Positions 59,453-64,000 of a DNA stretch of 64,000 nucleotides are shown piece by piece. Below the pieces are notes generated by a model. It made no database searches and had not been told where the DNA came from. It saw only the letters and a list, made by a program, of their open reading frames with translations. The stretch is taken from IMG/VR virus record IMGVR_UViG_3300035510_000375; one strand, given 5' to 3'. A program made the position numbers and the translations under genes. Numbering within the stretch: position 1 is the stretch's first letter; the number at the start of each line of letters is the position of its first letter. The stretch is from an uncultured virus (IMG/VR IMGVR_UViG_3300035510_000375) (taxonomy: Duplodnaviria > Heunggongvirae > Uroviricota > Caudoviricetes).

Positions 59453-60655
59453 CTATTGATGATATTTTAATAAAAATTGATTTGAAACCGCTTTAAAGCT
59501 TTGGGTTCCATCTTGAGAACGGAATACAAGTCCTTCCCTCATGCCGCTATCTATTGTAGAATCTCCAGTAGCAAAATCTAACATTTCATCTACTGTTGGT
59601 AATAATTTAAAATGGTCATGCAAAATAGGAACCCAAGGAATATCATAAGCTGACATTATTTTAGCAGACTCCACAGAATTAAGGCGTCCTCTATCCGAGA
59701 AGATAAGATTAAAGCCAGCGAACTCGTGCCCTTTAAGAGAGTAATCACGCTTCTGTATGCCGGTCCCGTAAACTTCGCCTTGTAAAGTGGCCCACTCTAG
59801 GTTATATTTTTTTACCAAGTCACCAAGAACTTCCTCAAAATGATATTTCTCTGACATCTCTGTGTATGGATTAAACTCATAATAGCAACCCTTATTAGGC
59901 TTATCAAATACTACATTTCTACTACAGATATAATATTCATGCTTTTTCTTCCCTTTTCTTTTATAAGTTGCAGTTGTAGAACTACCATCTATTTTTTCTG
60001 TTACTATCCATTTATCCTTGCTCGAAAGAATATGAGGTAGGTTCTGTATCCTCTCCTCATCGGTTTTTTTCACCCACTCTGGCCACGGATTCTTTTTATC
60101 TTTCCTTTTTCCAAAGAAAAGGAACATTAAATTTTTACCCCAACTTCTTTTCATAAGCCATTTTGCCCATGATTTTTTAAATATCTCTGGGTGTCGCTGT
60201 GCCATTTTCTTATATTTATTTGCGGGCACCGCTTTTCTTTGATTATCTTCCGCAACTGCATAAGTTACATCTAAAGCCGCAGTCAAAAATTCATGCTCAA
60301 TATTTCCGCCTTGCTCAACTTTATCTTGCAATCTCTGTAACCAATCTGGTGCATTACCATCTATAATAAAGTCATTAAAAGACATAAGTAATCCTTGTGA
60401 AATAGACTTACACATCTTTTGAGTTTTTATTTTAAAATGTTTAGGTTCAAGAAATAAAAATGGCTCTACTTCAGGAACTTTTGAGTCTATTTCAAAATAT
60501 ATAGCATAATTACCGGGTTTAAATTGTCCTTTTCGCACTACAACTCGCCAACCGCCAACAATAGCAGACTCTACCCTATCATACCCTGGAAGTGGTTCAA
60601 TCGCATCTATTTTAACTGTATATACGAGTTCTCTAGTACCCTCTGAATTTAACAT
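59453..60655 (-). CDS. RNA ligase (Rnl2/DRB0094-like)
   Basis: YFEIDS, SQGLL, KTDEERIQNL, TEKIDGSS, CSRN, QGEVYG, REGLV, FKAVS. Confidence 0.88.
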   Translation of the reverse strand: MLNSEGTRELVYTVKIDAIEPLPGYDRVESAIVGGWRVVVRKGQFKPGNYAIYFEIDSKVPEVEPFLFLEPKHFKIKTQKMCKSISQGLLMSFNDFIIDGNAPDWLQRLQDKVEQGGNIEHEFLTAALDVTYAVAEDNQRKAVPANKYKKMAQRHPEIFKKSWAKWLMKRSWGKNLMFLFFGKRKDKKNPWPEWVKKTDEERIQNLPHILSSKDKWIVTEKIDGSSTTATYKRKGKKKHEYYICSRNVVFDKPNKGCYYEFNPYTEMSEKYHFEEVLGDLVKKYNLEWATLQGEVYGTGIQKRDYSLKGHEFAGFNLIFSDRGRLNSVESAKIMSAYDIPWVPILHDHFKLLPTVDEMLDFATGDSTIDSGMREGLVFRSQDGTQSFKAVSNQFLLKYHQ

Positions 60656-60661
60656 AAGTCT

Positions 60662-60979
60662 CTATTCCTCTTTTCCTTGAAGCTTCATCGTCGCATCATA
60701 AATATCTTCTATTGATGTGCAAATAACTTCTTTTTCTTCTTCATCTTCAAGAATATAAAAATAAACATCAACGCCTTGCGCATACTGTAGCAATGTTTCA
60801 ACAATATATTCACTACCAGTCATTTCTTCTAGTATACTTTCTATTGCACCAACAAAAATATTCTTTTCATTTGTAACATACAAACCAAAAGAAGATAAAG
60901 CGTTATCTAAGTTTATTGTTTTATTAAAATCATCTATATAAGCCTCTGCTAACTTTACAAAAATTTCTTTCTGTGTCAT
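60662..60979 (-). CDS. Hypothetical acidic protein
   Basis: ORF with GAGGTG RBS. Confidence 0.55.
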   Translation of the reverse strand: MTQKEIFVKLAEAYIDDFNKTINLDNALSSFGLYVTNEKNIFVGAIESILEEMTGSEYIVETLLQYAQGVDVYFYILEDEEEKEVICTSIEDIYDATMKLQGKEE

Positions 60980-60994
60980 AATAAATTCACCTCA

Positions 60995-61780
60995 TTATAA
61001 AAATTTAATTTCTTCACCATGAATAATATTTTCTAATTCTATAGCTTTATCATTAAAAAGCATTATTATTTGTTTATTTTCTATTTTAGGATAAATTCTT
61101 GTGCTATGAAAATGCCCAAATAACCAAAGTTTATAATTTAAATTACGTTCTATTTGTTCTAAATATCTTTCCATAGTAGTATCTACTGTTGACTGGTCTA
61201 CTACAGATAAAAATAAATCAGTTGGCTGAAATGTGAATGGACAAGTATGTGACAATACTAAATCAACATTCCAATCTTCTTTCTCAAATATACAAATACC
61301 ATCAGATTGCTCTTGTTCACTCAGCTGTTCTGCGGGAAACCATGACCAATTTAGTTCTAGTCTACGGTATTTATCGACAGAATAACCACCTGGAATTATA
61401 GCTGTTTTATAACCATTAATATCATATACAGCAACTTCATCAAGAGCATACTTAATATAAGGAAATTTATTCTCTACATATACAGTATTACCAAAATATG
61501 TTTCAGTATGCCATTTATCAGACTCTTTTTCCATACAAATACTAGGTCTTTCTTCGTGGTTTCCTCTAACTAAAAAATAAGTAAAAGGATAAGTTCCTAA
61601 TTTCTTTTTAGTATCTTCATCTCTGTGATTAAAAAAGAAGTTTAATCCTGCATCACCAAGTAAAATTATTACTTTTTCTGCTTCATTATATTCTTTATCA
61701 TCTTTATTTCGTTGATAAAAGGCTCTTACAGGACGCCAATTCCCATGTATATCACCCAAAATATATATTTTTGGTTTCAT
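60995..61780 (-). CDS. Calcineurin-like metallophosphoesterase
   Basis: GDIHG, LGDAG, RGNHE, SHTCP, FGHFH. Confidence 0.9.
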   Translation of the reverse strand: MKPKIYILGDIHGNWRPVRAFYQRNKDDKEYNEAEKVIILLGDAGLNFFFNHRDEDTKKKLGTYPFTYFLVRGNHEERPSICMEKESDKWHTETYFGNTVYVENKFPYIKYALDEVAVYDINGYKTAIIPGGYSVDKYRRLELNWSWFPAEQLSEQEQSDGICIFEKEDWNVDLVLSHTCPFTFQPTDLFLSVVDQSTVDTTMERYLEQIERNLNYKLWLFGHFHSTRIYPKIENKQIIMLFNDKAIELENIIHGEEIKFL

Positions 61781-61847
61781 TTTTATTATACTCCTTTTTT
61801 ATTTCTATATATATTATAATATAAATTTTTATAAAAATAAAGGTGAG

Positions 61848-62684
61848 TTACAAACCCACCTTTTTATCTATATAAGCTCTATCTTCACCTTTAAAAATAG
61901 GAATATTATTATCAATTATCCAATGATGTAGCTTTGTCTGCAAATCTGGAGTAGTAATATATTCATTTTTTATACAACAACTACCCCTCTGCTGAGTAAT
62001 AGGAAGCTTATCCCAATCTATATTCTTTTGCTCCAAAAGCATCTGTTTAACTTCTTTACTTGACTTACCTTGCAATTCCTTATGTGCAAAATTAGCCTGT
62101 CCTACAGAGTTAATGCTGTTACGTATTGCATCTAGCTGCCGCCATAAAATCAGATTGGTAACTTCTTCTTTTGGAATATTAAATGCACGAGAGTCAAACA
62201 TAGCACCTTTATCTGCGGCAGTTTGCAATTTAGCACAATATTTATTTATTTCTTGCTGTATTTCCGCACTTAGAAAGCCCTTTGAAGCTTGACATTCATA
62301 ATCTGCAATTAAATTCGTTACCTTTGCGGTAAATGCTTTATTAAAAGCAAGAGTAGCCATAGACGCACTAATACTTACTAACTTTTCTAGCTGATTATCA
62401 AACCAAGCTTGCGTTTCTAATTTTTCATAGTCAGTTAGAATAAGTGTAATTTCATCACTTTGAGTGTATCCTACTACACATCCCGCAATATTCTCACAAA
62501 GATACTTCATGGTTTTTTGCATAGACTCCATAAACACTTTATCAAACGGCTTGCAGAAACCTTTAGTAAAAGTGTGTCCTGCTCTCATATCTAGCCTAAT
62601 CGCCACAGGCGTCCGCCGCATTAAACTAATTTTAGGTATGTTCTCATAGTTTTTCATTCTATTGCCCAAATCATCTCGGATCAT
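61848..62684 (-). CDS. Thg1-like tRNA(His) guanylyltransferase / 3'-5' polymerase
   Basis: RMKNYE, IRLD..FT, YTQSDEI, FDSRAF, WRQLDA.RNSI, RGSC. Confidence 0.88.
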   Translation of the reverse strand: MIRDDLGNRMKNYENIPKISLMRRTPVAIRLDMRAGHTFTKGFCKPFDKVFMESMQKTMKYLCENIAGCVVGYTQSDEITLILTDYEKLETQAWFDNQLEKLVSISASMATLAFNKAFTAKVTNLIADYECQASKGFLSAEIQQEINKYCAKLQTAADKGAMFDSRAFNIPKEEVTNLILWRQLDAIRNSINSVGQANFAHKELQGKSSKEVKQMLLEQKNIDWDKLPITQQRGSCCIKNEYITTPDLQTKLHHWIIDNNIPIFKGEDRAYIDKKVGL

Positions 62685-63085
62685 TATTTTATCCTCTTTT
62701 CCCAATAGTAATTCCAATCAGTAATTTTTATTTTATTATAGTCAGTTGTATCCTCTTCAATATCTTTTCTATTTGACCATACATCAAGGTCTTCTACAAT
62801 AAAACTATTCATAGCGCAAAATAAGAGGTATCCAAAATAAGTTCCATCCCCGCATCCAAAATCAATATATTTAGTTATGACAGTTTCAGTCTTTTTGTCA
62901 ATAAGCATAACGACAACAGAAGTATAAGTACCCGACTTATCTTCAAATACTTCAACGTGACGATTGACCTGATGCATAACAAAGCGACCTCTCCAAAGAG
63001 GATCTTGCGCAATATTTTTATTTAAGGTACGAATTTTTTTATTTATTTTACGTTGGTTTTGTTTAATTTGTTTGCGTGTGTTCAT
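62684..63085 (-). CDS. Hypothetical basic protein (133 aa)
   Basis: LNKNIAQDPLWRGRF; RBS AAGGA. Confidence 0.6.
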   Translation of the reverse strand: MNTRKQIKQNQRKINKKIRTLNKNIAQDPLWRGRFVMHQVNRHVEVFEDKSGTYTSVVVMLIDKKTETVITKYIDFGCGDGTYFGYLLFCAMNSFIVEDLDVWSNRKDIEEDTTDYNKIKITDWNYYWEKRIK

Positions 63086-63150
63086 ACTTAATACTTCCTT
63101 TCTTTTTTATTTTCTATAATTATTATAATATAATTTTTATAAAAAATCAA

Positions 63151-64000
63151 TTAAGATTTTAAATTAGGATTAGTAATTTTTATATAAGTACCTTTCATAC
63201 CCATATTTTGTACTGTTGCTACCTTTAATTCTTTCATTTTTGTTATTAAATTATTATATACCGGGCGGGAGATGCAGGTCTGCTCTACTAACCTAGATAT
63301 GGTAATATTACCCTCGTATCCTATTTCATCAATGATAGCTTCATAGGCTTTTCTTTCTGCGTTAGTAAGATGCTCAAAAAATTCTTTCTTTGAAATATTA
63401 ATAGTGGGATTAACAATAGAAGAATAGATTATTTGCATCACTCCTTCTTCCATAATTGCGGCAGCCCTGGTTCGGAGCTCATGAGCAACTCCCGCATCTT
63501 TATCTAAAACTCTATCTAATAATTCATAAATACCTTGTTTAGCTCCTTCAATATCTACACTATTACTATTTTTAATTAAAGATAATGTACTATGCATAAT
63601 ACCTTGTGGTCTAATACAATCAATATAATCTTTACCCTGCAAATACATATCTAAGAAATAGGTTAATCTCCAAGCATTATAAATTTTTTTGTTGTCTAAT
63701 TCTACATAAGATAATGTATGTTTAATTTGCCCGCTAATGCTTTTTACAGTCTTATCAATGTCATAATGTGTGATATCTTCCCTATTGGATACAAAATATT
63801 GATTCCATAATTCTTCATATTTAGGATTAAGAATAAAATAATCTGTATATAAAATTTCAAGAAAATTAATATTCTGTTTCATGAACATTAATCTTAATTC
63901 TCTAATATCTTTTACTTCGATATGTTCATCCTCAAAATGAAGTTCTTTTGACTCCCATTTTTCATGTAAACATATATCTTCAAAAGTAGGCAAAATAATC
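63151..64000 (-). CDS. Putative nucleotidyltransferase fused to a CodY-like C-terminal winged HTH (5' end beyond window)
   Basis: [27 protein letters not shown] nucleotidyltransferase-type segment; C-terminus LTNAE..EG....S.......ISR.V..N...K......GMKGTYIKI. Confidence 0.7.
   Translation of the reverse strand, partial: [282 protein letters not shown]

Noticed and set aside
906..62649. Short opposite-strand ORFs overlapping long genes (e.g. 906-1109, 2524-2844, 19869-20168, 34467-34808, 59042-59347)
   Set aside because: Antisense shadows of well-supported genes, lacking RBS or recognisable motifs
1..64000. tRNA, rRNA, CRISPR arrays or integrase
   Set aside because: None recognised by eye; tRNAscan-SE and CRISPR finders would be needed to exclude them formally

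Overview
AT-rich (code 11) segment of a large tailed dsDNA phage that most likely infects an anaerobic Firmicute (Clostridia-like; inferred from sigmaA-type promoters, an anaerobic NrdDG as the only reductase seen, a CodY-like domain and an amidase-SH3 lysin). The + strand (1-21991) carries the end of the tape-measure gene, tail/baseplate genes, a beta-helix tailspike, a GDPD, four tandem paralogous putative receptor-binding proteins and a separately transcribed five-gene cassette of unknown function. The - strand (22031-64000) carries the replication and nucleotide module (RuvC-like resolvase, dut, nrdDG, dnaE, RecD-like helicase, recJ, dnaG, dnaB, SSB-like, thyX, ligA, gyrAB), a lysis cassette and an RNA-repair/NAD cluster. 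Six group I introns split nrdD, dnaE, dnaB, gyrA (two) and gyrB. Their splice junctions can be read to the base and restore conserved motifs, and their homing endonucleases range from intact to absent. Other notable signals: an 8-nt stop-containing insertion in the helicase Walker A codons (possible ribosomal bypass), a nucleotidyltransferase fused to a CodY-like wHTH, a collapsed pncB remnant before nadE, a recurring GGNC(A/T)-N27-TT(C/A)A putative late-promoter motif, and an RBS-sequestering hairpin over a holin-like gene. All family assignments come from motif recognition by eye; no database searches were run.
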